Positions 1 through 23,800 of a stretch of DNA of 64,000 nt are shown here, one piece after another. Made by a program: the position numbers and the translations under genes. Under the pieces are notes generated by a model. The model was not told the origin of the DNA. It saw only the letters and a program-made list of their open reading frames with translations, and searched no databases. The DNA is from Hormiphora californensis (taxonomy: Eukaryota; Animalia; Ctenophora). How positions within the stretch are numbered: the first letter of the stretch is position 1; each line of letters opens with the position of its first letter. The stretch is from the NCBI GenBank assembly GCA_020137815.1, contig CM035351.1, positions 7,626,001 to 7,690,000 of the forward strand. Reading direction: 5' to 3'.

Positions 1-297
1 GTGAGCATTCAGACGACACTCTTCTCCAGATACTTTAAGGTATATTATACTGCAGGATTTTGCAGTATTAATTGGGATTTCTATCTACAGAAAAAATCTG
101 GCGGTACATTTAATACCAGTACTACTTTTAAGGTGTCGAAAAGATGGTTTCGGATAAGGGGAAGATTAGAGGAAGACAAATAATTGTGTAGTGGGATGCC
201 TGCAAGAAGGATGGAAAACACTTCATTGTGGACAATGACTCGATTGTTTACCTGACGACAATTAATGAGCTGCTTGAATTGGATTTGTCCTCCTTGC
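1..297 (-). CDS. Probable short coding exons of an unidentified gene continuing off the left edge
   Basis: Open segments bounded by AG/GT sites (approx. 297-253, 199-118, 84-1), e.g. IPLHNYLSSSNLPLIRNHLFDTLKVVL and IEIPINTAKSCSIIYLKVSGEKCRLNAH. No recognisable domain. Confidence 0.35.
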
Positions 298-1391
298 TGT
301 AACAAACACGCTGTAACAAACTAGTGAGTCACTAGCGTGGTACACACAAAAGAAAGAGCTACGTGACTCATGCAACTGCGGCTCTTTTTAGTGCGTACCA
401 TGCTAATTTCCTCTACTAATTAACGGTGTAGAATTCATCACACTGTACGTCACTAATCACGAACCCTAACTCATGCGTGACATGCAGATTAGCGTGAACT
501 CAGAGAGCTTGTTTTAACAACGATTATCTGTAGTTTTTTTGCTAATTTTATGTTGACCGGGAGCTTTCAAAGTGTGTGAGAATATAAGAATATTAGTTTT
601 TCTCTGATGCTCGTCAGTGTCAGGCACGCTGTATCTTGTCTAGCCCTGTCTGGCCGTGGCCCGCGGGCGTCAGTCCGGAAAATTTGTTTTATTGTATAGA
701 CCTAATTTGACTGTAAAAAGTTATAAAACAAGTTCTAGAAGCATACACGCACACGCCCAGGAACCCCACATCGATTGCTGTAGCTTTTGAAGGGACCCAA
801 ACTACAAACGAACAAAAAACACATTTCCAACAGCGAAAGCTGTTTAAAAAAGCGAAAGCTGCAGCTGTTTAAAAAAATTATCGACGCGCGTGTGAAGAAG
901 GGGTCGACGCGCGTTGCAATCCCTTTTGTGCGCGGCGTTGTATTTGCGCGTGACAAATTACATCATGCATCGAAGGATGACTTATCATGTCAAAGTATTT
1001 GGTCAGTGGTGCCCGTAATACTATTGATTGAAGGACTTGTATAAAGAACGAGGAAATGAGAGGCAAAACTACATTTTCGATCCCGGATCCCCAAATTCAA
1101 TTGTGACTGCTGGGGGGCATCAATTCACAAGCGATTACAGAGTCTCATTACAACATTGACTCCGCGCGTTACAACTATGTTCCCATTTCAAGGGTGGGAA
1201 TGTCTTGACATGGACTCTTCTTCTTGGCAAGCTACCGATTTAAAACTCATCAGCATAAGAGACACGTTTCAAGATGTACAAAAAAATCTTCAGGTTATAT
1301 ACATACATTATGGACACTCTTTTGGGGATAAATTCTTTGTCATGCAAGGTGTGGTAACAATTGTGTCTTCTAATTCCGATTATAATAATTA

Positions 1392-2328
1392 GTAGGGTCG
1401 GTTGTGGGAAGTTGGGTCTGGAATTTTAAATTTGACTTGCTGATATGATTAGGGACTCTATAAAAAGTCCAAAGTACCATCCCACAGGTCTCTACCACCC
1501 CCGGTTCACTAATTAGCCGTAATTATGTGATTTATGACGTTATCGCCAATTAGCACTAATAATACCAGTTCCTGGTCACTTAGAGCTTAGATTTTGTTAC
1601 CAGCTGATAGAGGATCACTAGATTAGTGGGCATTCAAAATTTTAGGTCGATCGGAGTTATGGTCGAGGAGTTATAACCGTTTTTCCGTTTGGCTGGCGGT
1701 TGGCTGGCACCACGTGGGATTACGGGTTTAGGTCGTCGTGGGAGGTCGTCATTGGTCGCGTTCGATCGGGCTCGATGAGGTGATCAAAACCTAGTGGGGC
1801 CAGACCTTGGCCCCACCCTGTTCTTGGGTTATTAGGCTTTTTCGGTTTTGGCGGGAAAATATTTTGGCGGGAAACCGAAAAAGCCCAATAACCCAAGAAC
1901 GGGGTGGGGCCAAGGTCTGGCCCCACTAGGTTTTGATCACCTCATCGAGCCCGTTCGAACGCGACCAATTACGACCTCCCACGACGACCTAAACCCGTAA
2001 TCCCACGTGGTGCCAGCCAACCGCCAGCCAAACGGAAAAACGGTTATAACTCCTTGACCATAACTCCGATCGACCTAAAATTTTGAATGCCCACTAATCT
2101 AGTGATCCTCTATCAGCTGGTATCAAAACCTAAGCTCTAAGTGACCAGGAACTGGTATTATTAGTGCTAATTGGCGATAACGTCATAAATCACATAATTA
2201 CGGCTAATTAGTGAACCGGGGGTGGTAGAGACCTGTGGGATGGTACTTTGGACTTTTTATAGAGTCCCTAATCATATCAGCAAGTCAAATTTAAAATTCC
2301 AGACCCAACTTCCCACAACCGACCCTAC
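1392..2328. mobile_element. Foldback MITE, TA target-site duplication (Tc1/mariner-like), copy 1
   Basis: Near-perfect ~450 bp inverted arms, GTAGGGTCGGTTGTGGGAAG...CTTCCCACAACCGACCCTAC, with TA on both sides. Second copy at 36432-37355. Confidence 0.9.
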
Positions 2329-2406
2329 TAAATGAGAGTCCTTCATATCACTTCAGTTATAGGTAGTCTCACACGTTGCTAATAAACACAGAGGTCTGTT
2401 GAAGGT

Positions 2407-10557
<8,151 letters not shown>

Positions 10558-11569
10558 AGTGATCAATTATCAGCTTCTACATCCTCATCCCAGTTTCAAT
10601 AGCTAATACCTACAGAAATAGTTAAATTTGAATGTTCACAGTACGGCCTACGGATCTTAATTGCCTAAATTTTGATCTCAACAACCAGTGATTAGTAATT
10701 AGTTTGGAATGGGTCAAATCCATATGTCGAATGACCACTTGCATTGAAAACCTATTAAAAGTTTCCTGTTGTCTGCTTCTTCACTTGAGCCTTGGCCCTC
10801 GGGTCACAAATCACACAATTTTCCAAAATTTAAAAAAGTTACAGATCGCAAAAGGATTCTCGGATTTTATTTCTATCAATTCTACGACCGCGCGCGCGTG
10901 ATCTCCATCGCGCGCCATGAATTTGCAGATGAAAGTACGTTTTCCGGCACGCGACGTTTTTTATCTTTGTCAAGGCTCAAACCGTCTTGATCAGTTACTG
11001 TCTGGCGGTACGGCCCCAAACTGAGCAGGGGCTGTCATAAAAATCCCCGCTCCCTGCTCCAGGCCACAGCTGTACCACTACCTCCGCCTGGAAACTCAAA
11101 CATATCACATTTCGGATATCCGCGCAGCGAATATGGATATTATTCGTACCATTACCAAAAAGATATAAAACCCTTTTTGTGGTTTTTGTGAAAATAATAC
11201 AAACTTGTACATAATGATAATTACCAGAAAATCATCACACACTGATCGAGGGATTACTCATATTAGGAATTGGAAAATATACTGTGCTAAATCAAACTGG
11301 TATTGGTAATGTAAATGTATGGTTAAACTTAAACAATTGGATTTGCTTGTTTATTTGTATGTGCAGCTCTTGAGAATGGCATGCTACTTTCAGGCAGGAC
11401 GCAGGTCATCCTTTGGATGCAGAGCACGGAACCAGTGTCAAGCGACTCAAGTCATCCTGGTGACCGGGTTTAATAAGTTCAGTTTCAACTTTCACTCTTA
11501 GTTTTATTTGATATTGGGCTAGAATTGTCCTTGTAATTTGTACACTCGACTTACATTTGCCGCACAATT

Positions 11570-12090
11570 TACTGTTAATTTGTTGCATTGTCTGTTTGAT
11601 TTTTCACCAGGTCGAAGTGAGATTCCCTTCCGTTCCATTAGTTCTGTATGTGACCCAGTCTGAAACACCATTATTAAAAGGGGGCAATATATTATCCCAC
11701 TCCCAATCTTTAATATTAAGAGTGGAAGCTGTGTGGGGTGGTAAATGGTAATATAACAGGAGTGGTGGGAAATATAGCGGAATTTTGAAATGTCATGGTA
11801 ATGCATATTCCGAGGAACTGTGAATATTACAGAGTGGGGTGGTGCACGTGGTGAACTTGACAGGTTAACTATAATTCCCCTCATATTATATTTAGAGACA
11901 AAACCAGTTTTATGCTTGCATCCCGTTGCCTTATTCGACCCTCTTTCCCAACAAAACAAACCGATGAATTACTAGTTACATGGAATATAATCACCTCGAC
12001 AGTCTTGCCGTGATCCAGGACAATGATCCTGTCTGGTCCCTGATTGTACTCAGTCGATGGGCATACAAAACCGTCGCCTCGCACAGGCCT
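11570..12090 (-). pseudogene. Broken duplicate of the last two ABC transporter exons
   Basis: The copy of [13 protein letters not shown] / [13 protein letters not shown] has a 1-nt insertion (GGAATCTCACTTC vs GGAATCTACTTC) and decays into unrelated sequence upstream. Confidence 0.75.
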
Positions 12091-12889
12091 CGATGAATAG
12101 CTTCTTTTATTCCTAAGGCCCACAAAGTCTGCCCGCTTCGCAAGGTGATTTAGAACTAAAGACCCAACGCAGGGTCTTGTCTAGATTCTAGAGGCTTAAA
12201 GTGAGAGTGGACCGAATCAGAATTGGACAAGTTTGTTGTAGGTAGTAGAGATTAGCTTTCTGAGCATTTTGCGTTTCTGCCGCTCAAAATCGACCCACCC
12301 ATCACTGAGATATTTTTGTTATGTTGGGAGAACTCCTATTTAATCAGTATGTATAAAACATAATAGAAACAAGCGTGGTGTTTTACTAACACATTCTGAA
12401 TATAAGCAGTGAGGTAGACATGTCCATGCACAGAAGCAGGGTAATGCAAGCCAGCCTATTAAAAATTTAAAGAATGTGTTAATAAAACACAAGGATTGTT
12501 TCTATCCTGTTTGATAAATATTGCTCTAGCAGGAATTCTCCCAACATAACAAAAATATCTCAGTGATGGGTGGGTCGATTTTGAGCGGCAAAAACGCAAA
12601 ATGCTCGGAAAGCTAATCTCTACTACCTACAGCAAACTTGTCCAATTCTGATCCGGTCCACTCTCACTTTAAAACTAAAAGGTGGGTCGTTGGTCTACTT
12701 TTAACAAATATATCATTTTGGTAGGTCGACACAGTGGTTACGGCGGGTATAGCACAGTGGCACGGGGCTCCCGGATTATCCAGTTTTCTGCCGGCAAACT
12801 CGAAACATGGATAAGAATGGAAGATAAGAGTGTCAAGGACTACATTTCTGTGCCCTACAACACACACTTTTAGAATTATAACAACTTAC

Positions 12890-13480
12890 AATATGGATCC
12901 TTCTCAAGGACGGGATTGCCAAGAAGACGGAGATCCAAAATTACAATATGCTGCAATTTTCGTAACTCGGACCATGTAATGTTATTAAACGATAGAATCA
13001 ATGTTCCAATACATCTGACTTTTAGTAGACCCTCCAGAGAACAAATCTGAAATAAAACTTGGTTGAATTTTGCTGGTTTTAGTGGTTTGTAACAATAAAT
13101 TATGATTTTCTTACCAAGTTGTGACTCAGATCGAGTTTCCAAAGTTCAGGTAAGCTGGACACGGCATCAGGGATTATCGAGATGGAGTTGTGGCGTAAAA
13201 TTAACGTTTGTAGATTTGTACAGTTCTTTAGACCCTCGAGAGTAACTGAAAAACACACAAGTCAGCTTTCAGGGAATCTAATCGATGTGGTCTGACATTT
13301 TACACTTTTGATTTCACCCACCTATGTTGCAGTTTGCTAGGTCGAGATGTTTCGCGAATTTCGGCTGGATTAATCCGCACCTATCTTGGAGCAACTGAAA
13401 TGTTGTCGCTGGTTACCGGGTGGTTAGAACCGAGATCAGAACTTAAACATGAACTAACTTACACCAGCAGTGATCCGCAT
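12890..13480 (-). pseudogene. Duplicate of the LRR gene 5' exons (alternative allele or paralogous fragment)
   Basis: Near-identical copy of 9967-10557; splice sites appear retained. Confidence 0.6.
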
Positions 13481-14491
13481 AGTGATCAATTATCAGCTTC
13501 TACATCCTCATCCCAGTTTCAATAGCTAATACCTACAGAAATAGCTAAATTTGAATGTTCACAGTGCGGCCTACGGATCTTAATTGCCTAAATTTTGATC
13601 TCAACAGCCAGTGATTAGTTTGGAATGGGTTAAATCCATATGCCAAATGACCACTTGCATTGAAAACCTATTAAAAGTTTCCTGTTGTCTGCCTCTTCAC
13701 TTGAGCCTTGGCACTCGAGTCACAACTCACACAACTTTCCAAAAATTTAAAAAAGTTACAGATCGCAAAAGGATTCTCGGATTTTATTTCTATCAATTCT
13801 ACGACCGCGCGCGCGTGATCTCCTTCGCGCGCCATGAATTTGCAGATGATAGTACGTTTTCCGGCACACGACGTTTTTATCTTTGTCAAGGCTCAAACCG
13901 TCTTGATCAGTTACTGTCTGGCGGTACCGGCCCAATCTGAGCAGGCTGTCATAAAAATCCCTGCTCCCTGCTCCAGGCCACAGCTGTACCACTACCTCCG
14001 CCTGGAAACTCAAACATATCACATTTCGGATATCCGCGCAGCGAATATGGATATTATTCGTACCATTACCAAAACGATATAAAACCCTTTTTGTGGTTTT
14101 TGTGAAAATAATACAAACTTGTACATAATGATAAATTACCAGAAAATCATCACACACTGATCGAGGTATTACTCATATTAGGAATTGGAAAATATACTGT
14201 GCTAAATCAAACTGGTATTGGTAAATGTAAATGTAATGGTTAAACTTAAACAATTGGATTTGCTTGTTTATTTGTATGTGCAGCTCTTGAGAATGGCATG
14301 CTACTTTCAGGCAGGACGCAGGTCATCCTTTGAATGCAGAGCACGGAAACAGTGTCAAGCGACTCAAGTCATCCTGGTGACCGGGTTAAATTAGTTCAGT
14401 TTCAACTTTCACTCTTAGTTTTATTTGATATTGGGCTAGAATTGTCCTTGTAATTTGTACACTCGACTTACATTTGCCGCACAATTTACTG

Positions 14492-16997
14492 TTAATTTGT
14501 TGCATTGTCTGTTTGATTCTTCACCAGGTCGAAGTAGATTCCCTTCCGTTCCATTAGTTCTGTATGTGACCCAGTCTGAAACACCATTATTAGAAGGGGG
14601 CAATATATTATCCCACTCCCAACTCTTTAATATTAAGAGTGGAAGCTGTGTGGGGTGGTAAATGGTAATATAACAGAGTGGTGGAAATATAGCGGAATTT
14701 TGAAATGTCATGGTAATGCATATTCCGAGGAACTGTGAATATTACAGATGGATTACAGAGTGGGTGGTGCACGTGGTGAACTTGACAGGTTAACTATAAT
14801 TTCCCCTCATATATGTTATGCTTGCATCCCGTTGCAACCCTCTTTCCCAACAAAACAAACCGATGAATTACTAGTTACATGGAATATAATCACCTCGACA
14901 GTCTTGCCGTGATCCAGGACAATGATCCTGTCTGCGTCCCTGATTGTACTCAGTCGATGGGCAATAACAATCACCGTCCTGCCCTCACACAACCTTCCCA
15001 GAGCCTCAGATACAACCCGCTCACTCTGGGCATCCAGAGCACTGGTTGCCTCGTCCAAAATGAGCACTTTGGGGTCTTTGAGTAGTGCTCGGGCTATGGC
15101 TATCCTGTAAATAATCATTGGTTTGCAAAATGAAAATGAGTAGGTAGAAACACGGGAGAAACACAAGCTCAAATTGGCTGTTCTGCCGCGTATGTTGTTT
15201 AGATCATCTAGAAGCATGTCTCAAGTAGGTTCCGCTACATAATGTTACCTTTGTTTTTGTCCCCCTGAGAGGGCAGTACCCCGTTCTCCCACCATGGTAT
15301 CGTAACCATGTGGAAACTCAGACACAAAGCCATGGGCATTTGCTGCACGTGCAGCTGCCACGATCTGGGCATCAGTGGCATCCCTAGCTCCATACCTTAT
15401 GTTGTCTCGTATTGTGGCAGCAAACAGAACCGGCTCCTGGGATAAAGAGATGTATAATATACATTGTATATTGTACTTATTGTATTATAGATATGGAATA
15501 ATGAATTTGTAATAGGAAATTAGAATACCATGAATTGGGATCAAAGATAAAACTGATCACGTGTGAGGTGAAATAAAAGAAATTGCGAGGGAGAAAAGAG
15601 GCTGCACGGTATAAACCGTCCATCCTAGCAATATCTTTGAGTTAATAAAAAGTATAACTGACACATCTCCACGGTGGACGGTGTGACGTCACATTCTACA
15701 AAGACCTGTCCATCTGTTACTACCTGACTAATGTAACCCAGGTAGTCACCACGAAGCCATGCCGTATCTGTAGTACCCACATCTTGTCCATCCACCTGTA
15801 CCACTCCTGAAGTGGGTCTGTAGAATCCTTCCAGCAGGGCTCCAACCGTACTTTTACCTGTGAAGTTTGTAGTTGTTTTCGAAAAGTATGATGTCGCATT
15901 TTGTTATTAACATCCTAACATGCTTATATCGAGAGGGGTAATTTCATGGCGGGTTTGATCATTTTCGATATCACCCCCTATATAATACCTGCGCCCGAGT
16001 GCCCACAAAGTGCCACCGTCTGGCCAGGTTGGACATCTAGTGAGAATCCGTCCAGGACAGTCACCTCAGGGCGTCCCGGGTAGGTGAAGGACACATCTCG
16101 GAAACTAAGGCATCCTTCTGCATCCAAGACAACCTGACCTGGTGCCCTTCTAACATCGTGGTCTAGGTACTGCAGAAACAAGGAACTATCACATGACATT
16201 GCATGTCCCACCCATAAACCGGGTCTCTAACATTTCACCTTACTAAAATCCACCCAAAATATAAACACCCACCACTGCACCAATAAACCAATTTACCTGT
16301 GCAACACGTGCAGCTGCGGTTGAGCCCTTTACCATTTGGCTAATAAGAACGGAGAGATTCTGAAGGCTACTCATTACCATCTGGACTGAGCCCATAAACG
16401 TCATCAGATCACCTGTTGTTAGGGAGGGACGTGTTCGTGAGAGAGGGTCGAGCAAGATAAGGATGAACTTAGTGGAGATCATCCTTTATTGGAGGATCAG
16501 GTGAACATTTGGTTTATATTTCGGTTAGATTAGTGGAATATGACGAACACGGAACTATTGGGGCAGAAAATATCTGGGAGAATTAGTATATTGGGGGAGT
16601 ATAAATTATATTGGGGGATAATATTTGGGGGTATTGTTATTACCAGGTGTGATTTGACCAGTTGAAAGTAGATAACCTCCGTAGAACATCGTCTCTAGAA
16701 TCATTCCTGTAAGCAAGGTGGGGTGAGAAAAGGGTGGGGATAATAGAGAGAGAGGAGCGAGAGAAAAGAGAGGGAGAGAAGGGAGGGAGAGGCAGGGGAT
16801 GAACAATAAAAGTGATTGTCAGAACTACTAGTACTAATGGTATAGGTTTGTGAATGCGTGCAGCGGTGCTTTGAGCCACGTAGTAATAACTTTTCTACCG
16901 AATGGCATCTTTTGATGAAATTGCACCTGCCCTAGCTTCCTCTACATTTTACTAGGTTATAGCACCTGATTGAAAAATGTGTTTTTGAGAAAGAGAG

Positions 16998-17083
<86 letters not shown>

Positions 17084-18102
17084 AGAGAGAGGGGGGGGCG
17101 TGTTTGGAGTGGTAAAATGCAATTATATCTTGATTTGACGAGGTAATAACCTGGTGAGAAATGCCAATTAACCACCCTCTCAGTTTAGAGGGAGAGTAAG
17201 GGTGTAAGAGTCATCATGATAGATAGATATGAGAGAAATTGGTAGCTTCAATAGAGAGATAGAGATTGATCAAAGAGAAACAATGGGGAACTAAACGCGA
17301 CTATCCACGTTTCTTGTAAGTGTAATGACCTCTATGTAAATCCTGGAGTGTCTGTGTTTTTTATGAGTTTCCCTCGCAGCTAGTTGTACAGTACGGAAAT
17401 TACACTACTGAACCACGCAGCGATCTTGTACAATATAATGCGTGAGTCATGCCGCCGGCAGCCAGCTGCATGTATATTTTGTATTACAATTAATATAATT
17501 TTATTCGGGAGCCTTTTTCCGGAATCTTCCTGTCAGGCCAATGCTCTGACCACTGTTCGCTCCTTTGTTATGTACATTTCTTGGTTCAAAGAAGGAACCT
17601 CAAATTGAACTGTCCTTAGAGAGAGAGGAGGGGCAATTATTGGACACGGGACTCTGGAGAAGGGGGCCTTCTGAAGGGGGCCTGGGGGAGGGGGAGCACT
17701 ATATAAAAGGCTTAATGACCCTAGCTAGTACATTTATCTTTCTCATCTCGAGTGGGTGTTCATATAACATGCTTTTATTGGCACAATACTACACCTGTCA
17801 ATGCCATTCAAGTTATATGAGAGAATCTTCTATTGAATCTACAGTTCTTTCTTTTGTTCTATAATTATATGACCTCCCGTCATGGTCTGTTAAATTCATC
17901 TATTAAATTAAATCCAGAAGGATTCCGCCATGTACATTACGTAATCCTTCAGGATGAATGTGTTTCGTAATCAAAACCTAGTGGAATGTGTATCATACCG
18001 AATTACCTTGAAAAGAAATGTGGGACAAGGGAGGTGGTTGGATGTAGTGGAGAAAAAGATTTATAGAACGGTAGGGAGATGAGAAGAGAGACAAAGAGAG
18101 GG

Positions 18103-18188
<86 letters not shown>

Positions 18189-20616
18189 GAGGGATAGAGA
18201 TAGATAGAGAAAGAGAGAGGGAGATAGAGGAATAAAGATAGATAGAGGTGAGAGAGTGGAACACCTGTGCTCAATTCTCAAAGAAACGCTCCTCCGCCGT
18301 CCTCTTTCTCTCGTCAGCTCCTTTCTAACCAACGATAATCTCTTTCATCTCGAAATCGTCGGCTCTCTGCCGGAAATCTTTCTTTCAGCTCAGCTATTCC
18401 TATTTTCTTTTAGCCGTTTTTCGGGGGGGGGGGGGCCAACGCTCATTTTTTATATATTTTTATATATTTTATATACCTTTTTTTTGGAAAAAAAAAACAT
18501 AATTTTTTATATATATATATAAAATATATAAAAATATATAAAAATACATATGAATATATAAAAATATATAAAAATATATAAAAAATATATAAAAATATAT
18601 AAAAAATTGTGCCGAAAGTGTGAAAACAGAAAGCTGTTTTTCGCCATAGCGGGATCAAATATCATTCAATTGATCTCAAACTTGGTCAGCATCTTCATCT
18701 AGATAATCCTGATGATTTTCCGTCGCGTCAATAACGTCATGACGTCAAAATGACGTCAAAAATGATTTGTTTTTTTAGTTTCGCGATCCCAACCTCTCTT
18801 CACCAGTTCTAGTACATCTGGACGGATCAACATACAAAAAATGATTGAAATCACACCAAAACTGGTAGATATCATTAGGCCGGAACCTCTCTTCACCAGT
18901 TCTACTTTTGACAGTGCATAATTCACTTTTGAACACATTCTCAATTATGTAAAACAGCTATCACCCTCTCAAACACTTAAATTAACTCTATGAAACATAT
19001 TCAAGTGAACAATAGATGGAAATAATCCCCTTTTTTGAAAGTAAAAGGGGTGAAAAAAGGGTTTATTTTATATATTTTTATATATTTTTATATATTATTA
19101 GAGCAAAAACTAATATAAATTAGTTCGCCAGAAAGGTGGCCCATTTTGAACTTACTCCTTCATTTCCGTCACCTTTGAGTTGAGACTTCAAAGACATTGA
19201 GGTATCCTTAAACTTTTCCGCCTTCAACTCAAAGGTGACGGAAATGAAGGAGTAAGTTCAAAATGGGCCACCTTTCTGGCGAACTAATTTATATTAGTTT
19301 TTGCTCTAAATTTGTACTTTTTTTTGGTCGTTTGAGGTCATTTATGACCTCAAACAACTAAGCTATTTGTCAACTAAAGTGTTCAAATGTAATTCAAATG
19401 TACCTGGGTTGTAGGAAACTGATTTGACGAAATTTTCAAAATTCGACGTCGTTTTGACGTCGTGACGTCACACGTGACGTCACGAAGACGTAAAAAATTA
19501 TGACAGACTATTCGGCCAATGAAGCACTAAACGTGTCAAAAGTTTTAAAGGCCATGGTAGTTAAGAACTGAAGTTATTCACGAAATGTGAGTTTTTATGT
19601 GGATTTTCACATCAAATTTTTGAGTTCCGACGCGTTTTAAGGTCTGAAAATGACAAGTCAGAAAAATTTGAGATACAGTATCTGAAAGTTCAGACAATTT
19701 CCCACTAACGATTCTGCATCAAATCAGGAATTGGACAATGTCTTGAGGGTGCTAGAGGCGTTTGAAAATATTTGGTCTGAGATTTTTCAATGACGTCACT
19801 TTGTGACGTCATTACGCCCGTCATAGTGGACATTTTCACTTGAAACCTTAACTAATGCATGCCCCGAACGATTTCCTAACGGATAAAACTTGGTTCAAGT
19901 CTCTAGCTAGTATGGTTCAGGCTACAACTGTTACACAGTGAAGCGTCTATAGCTATATATATATATATATCTATCTATCTATCGCCACACTGAATTTTCT
20001 GTTTTGGGGGTGGTGTCATAACTTGCGACCGGAATGAGCTAGCTACTTGAAATTTTTACCGTCAGTAGAGGTCTATGTGAAGCTTCTTAGTACCAAATTT
20101 CAGCCTCCTAGCTCATCTGGTTCCGGAGTTAGGAGGGGTCGAAAAGTGCCAAAATGGGCTAAAACTTCAAAATTGTTATATCTACGCTGTTGGCAAGCGG
20201 GCTCCACTTTTTCGGGAAAAGTTTTAGGGGGGGGGGAGGGGATGGGGCCACCTTTGCGCTTGCCAGCGCAGTGATTTATATAACTTTATATATTTTTATA
20301 TATTTTTATATATTTTTATATATTTTTATATATTTTTATATATTTTTATATATATATAAAAAATTCCAAAATTAAGGAAATATATAAAAAATTCGTTGGC
20401 CCCCCCCCCCGTTTTTCACAACGTCAGCTTAAATGTAGCTTAGTTTTACCATATTTTTCTAAGTTTTCCCGTGGTAGTACTATGTTGGAATAAATGTAAA
20501 TATCCACGATACCAATCGTAAATTGGAGTTGATCTTCGTCGACCCTGTTTGGGTTTATGCAATAGTGTTCATTCGTGAGAAAGAGAAGGAGATAGGAAGA
20601 GAGAGGGAGAGAGAGA

Positions 20617-20707
<91 letters not shown>

Positions 20708-20812
20708 TCTGCACACGGTGTATATATATTCAATAATGATATTGCAACCCCTCGACCCTCGATCTCCCTGTAATGCGGTTCCAAGAAAGAAGGCAACGTC
20801 TTTCTTTCTCTT

Positions 20813-20844
<32 letters not shown>

Positions 20845-23800
20845 CCCCCCCCCCCTCTCTCTCTCTCTCTCTACTGTTCCTTCTAAACTACTTGCCCAAG
20901 CTGGTCACTCTCAACTACATATTTTGTGGTCGAATAGTGATTGTGCACTGTGCAGTGCCACACAAGCAGGTTCGGGCAGGTTTTTTGCATAGATATTTCA
21001 GCGACGAATGCAGTATTTAGTACCTTCATCCCTCTTCTTCTCAGCTTGGCTAAGTGAAGGTTCATCCATGTTCATATTCAGAGAAACTAATTTAATAAGC
21101 CAGCTTCATAGCATTTAGTTTGAATATCTAGCTCTGTTTCTCTGCTGATTTTGTTCATTCATTCAACCAAGTGAAGACGAGTTTTTCGGACCCAATCTAA
21201 TGTATGAAATATTAGCATCTTCGTAACTCCCTTTTTTGTTTTTAACTTTGATTGAATCATCCCATCATTAGGTATGAGCGTTTGTAGTTAACATGTGTAA
21301 TGCTAACCCCCCATTTGTAGTCATGTTAACTGGTTACCTACCCGCTATTGCCAACCTCACCATCGCACTGATAGGATCTTCTGGTAATATCTTTGTACTT
21401 TACGCATCCTGGGTTCACAGAGCTCTCAAGGTCGACAAGGTCACCCTGGTCTTCCTGGAGAGCCTAGCAATATCCGATCTCATTGTCAGTTTTGGGTTCT
21501 ATCTGGTCTCAGCAGTGATGGCTATGGGAGGACAGCCCAGCAGATACCTGTGGTATACCTTCCAACTCCTAACCGCATCCGCTACCTACAATGAAACCCT
21601 TGTTATTGCCATTCTCTCCATATACCGTGTGTGGATGCTGAAGAAACCCCCGAACATGAAACGACACATCAACGTTAGGATGGTTCATCTGACGGCTGTT
21701 TCAATGTATTTTGTAGGCGCCTTGGTGTTTGTAACTCAGGCCATCCTAAGTGAGTACAGTTCCCAGAAACGAGGAGGATTGTATAAAACGAGACCAAATC
21801 AGACAACCTTTCTGGAGTGGGATGTAGAGGGATGCTACCAGTGGGTGGCACTCTCCGTTACTATTTCTTTCATCCTCACACCCCTTCTAATCACTATCGG
21901 CTGCACGGCCCACATCTTCAAAACATTCTTCAGCTACGACCACAAGATGTCCTCTCGGAAACACGAGAGAGCTAATCGGGTTGTGAGGCTGCTGTTATTT
22001 GTGTGCTCTACATTCATTGTTTCCTATATCCCCCTCATCGTGTATTCTCTCCTGACAACTCTGAACCCGGCTGGGGAGGCACACCGGGCCACATTCCGAG
22101 AGACACTGCCTTACTTTTTATCGGTTAATGTGATCAGTAACCCGTTTGTGTATGTAGTGATCAGCCCCCAGTTCCGGTCCTATCTTGTACACTGCTCACA
22201 GACAGTAAGAAGGTGGGTTGGGATACAACCCAGAACTGAAATCACCGTCCTAAACACGGTGAGTGGTCCTGCCCGACCGCCCATGGTGGACTCTGAGAGA
22301 CATTCAACGGTGGGAAAGAGCGAGGACATTGTTACCCATAACCAGAGCTCCTGATATATTTGAACATAATCATGATAATACATGGGAATAATACATGGGA
22401 TTCCTAGCATTATTATTATATGCGGGCCTGATCTGTGTGCGAGAGTGTTCTTCTTCCCTGTGTGTGTTGTACTTGTGCGTGTGTTTGCTGGCTAGTTTTT
22501 ACTCATGATCTGTCTCTAATAACATGTCAATTGGGGGGTCAAGTTACCGTTGATGGCGAGAGAGGACAGCCCCCTCGTAGTTTGCAACCTCCCGTTCCTC
22601 GCTAGCGAAACTTTTCACTGTTATCAAGTTTCCTAGTACCTCATCTGCGATACACGTTGATTGGGCAACCTGTAATGAAATGTTGTGGGGAAGTGATATA
22701 TAGAAAGGGAGGGTGGGAGAGAGAGAGAGAGAGAATGAGAATGAGTGAGAGAGAGAGTGAGAGAGAGAATGTGTCCATGTTGTCTAATGTCTACCCTAGA
22801 AGGTCTAAAGAGCCATCTAAAGTGGTTCACTACTGTGAAGGTGATGGTTCACTACTGTGATGGTTCACTACTGGACCTGGTGATGAATGAGAGAGAAACA
22901 ATACCATTGATGATCTATCCAGCGTGTGCTAGGCCCGTTCTCATCAACGCTCAGAAAGAGAGGGTCGAGGGTCCCCCAGACAGTGGATGATGAGCAAATT
23001 AAATGACATGAGATGCAAATTGGTTCTAAAGTAAAGAATGTGAATATAAAATCCCTGAATTCAGTTGAGCACAGTTGCTCAGAGAGTATTGCTCAATTGT
23101 AATTACCACCCCTATAATAAACTTGTCCGGAGAGGTAATCAGGAATAAAGACAAATTGCCCCTCCTAGAAGTTAATTAACACTTTTCCATCTCCCCCTCC
23201 TCTCTCCCAGTCACAATCGTGTTCTCTCAATCTCCCTCCCTCATCCCCCTCACTCGATAACCCGTGCAATTCCTCCCCACTTCCCCACTGGAACCCCCCC
23301 AACTGTTGTACAATAATACTAGCACTAGGTACCTGGTCCTGTGCATGTCTGGAGGCAGCACGTAGTAGTGATCCCATGAAACTGCCTGCCCCGGTCAGTA
23401 GAATGGCGGTCCCGAACAACAGGGCAGTCATCTCGGGAGAGATATTGTAGAGGCTGATACAGCACCAGGAGAACTGCATAACATTCCTGATACCCAAGGA
23501 CACGACCTGTTTGAAGGAGCTCTTTACCTCCTGCACATCACCTGTCAACCTGTGAAAACGAGGATTAGGGGACCTGTGGGGGATAATAGGTGGGTTGGAA
23601 GGAGAGTGGGAAGGGAAGGAGGAAGGGAAGGGTAGGGAGGATATTAGGTCACTATATGATGGTTGGAGGGGAAGAGGAGTGAGGAGGAGGGTGGGAAGGG
23701 GTAGAAGGGGTAAGCTATCTACTCATAACGAAAGAGTGTTTGAGAGCCTATTTCCCATTGGGGCTGTCAGAGCATTGGCCTGACCGATTCTCGTTTCTCT

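Noticed and set aside
13756-14157. Small gene between ABCB8 and the LRR gene
   Set aside because: The ORFs differ in frame between the duplicate copies and have no recognisable motif; cannot be supported.
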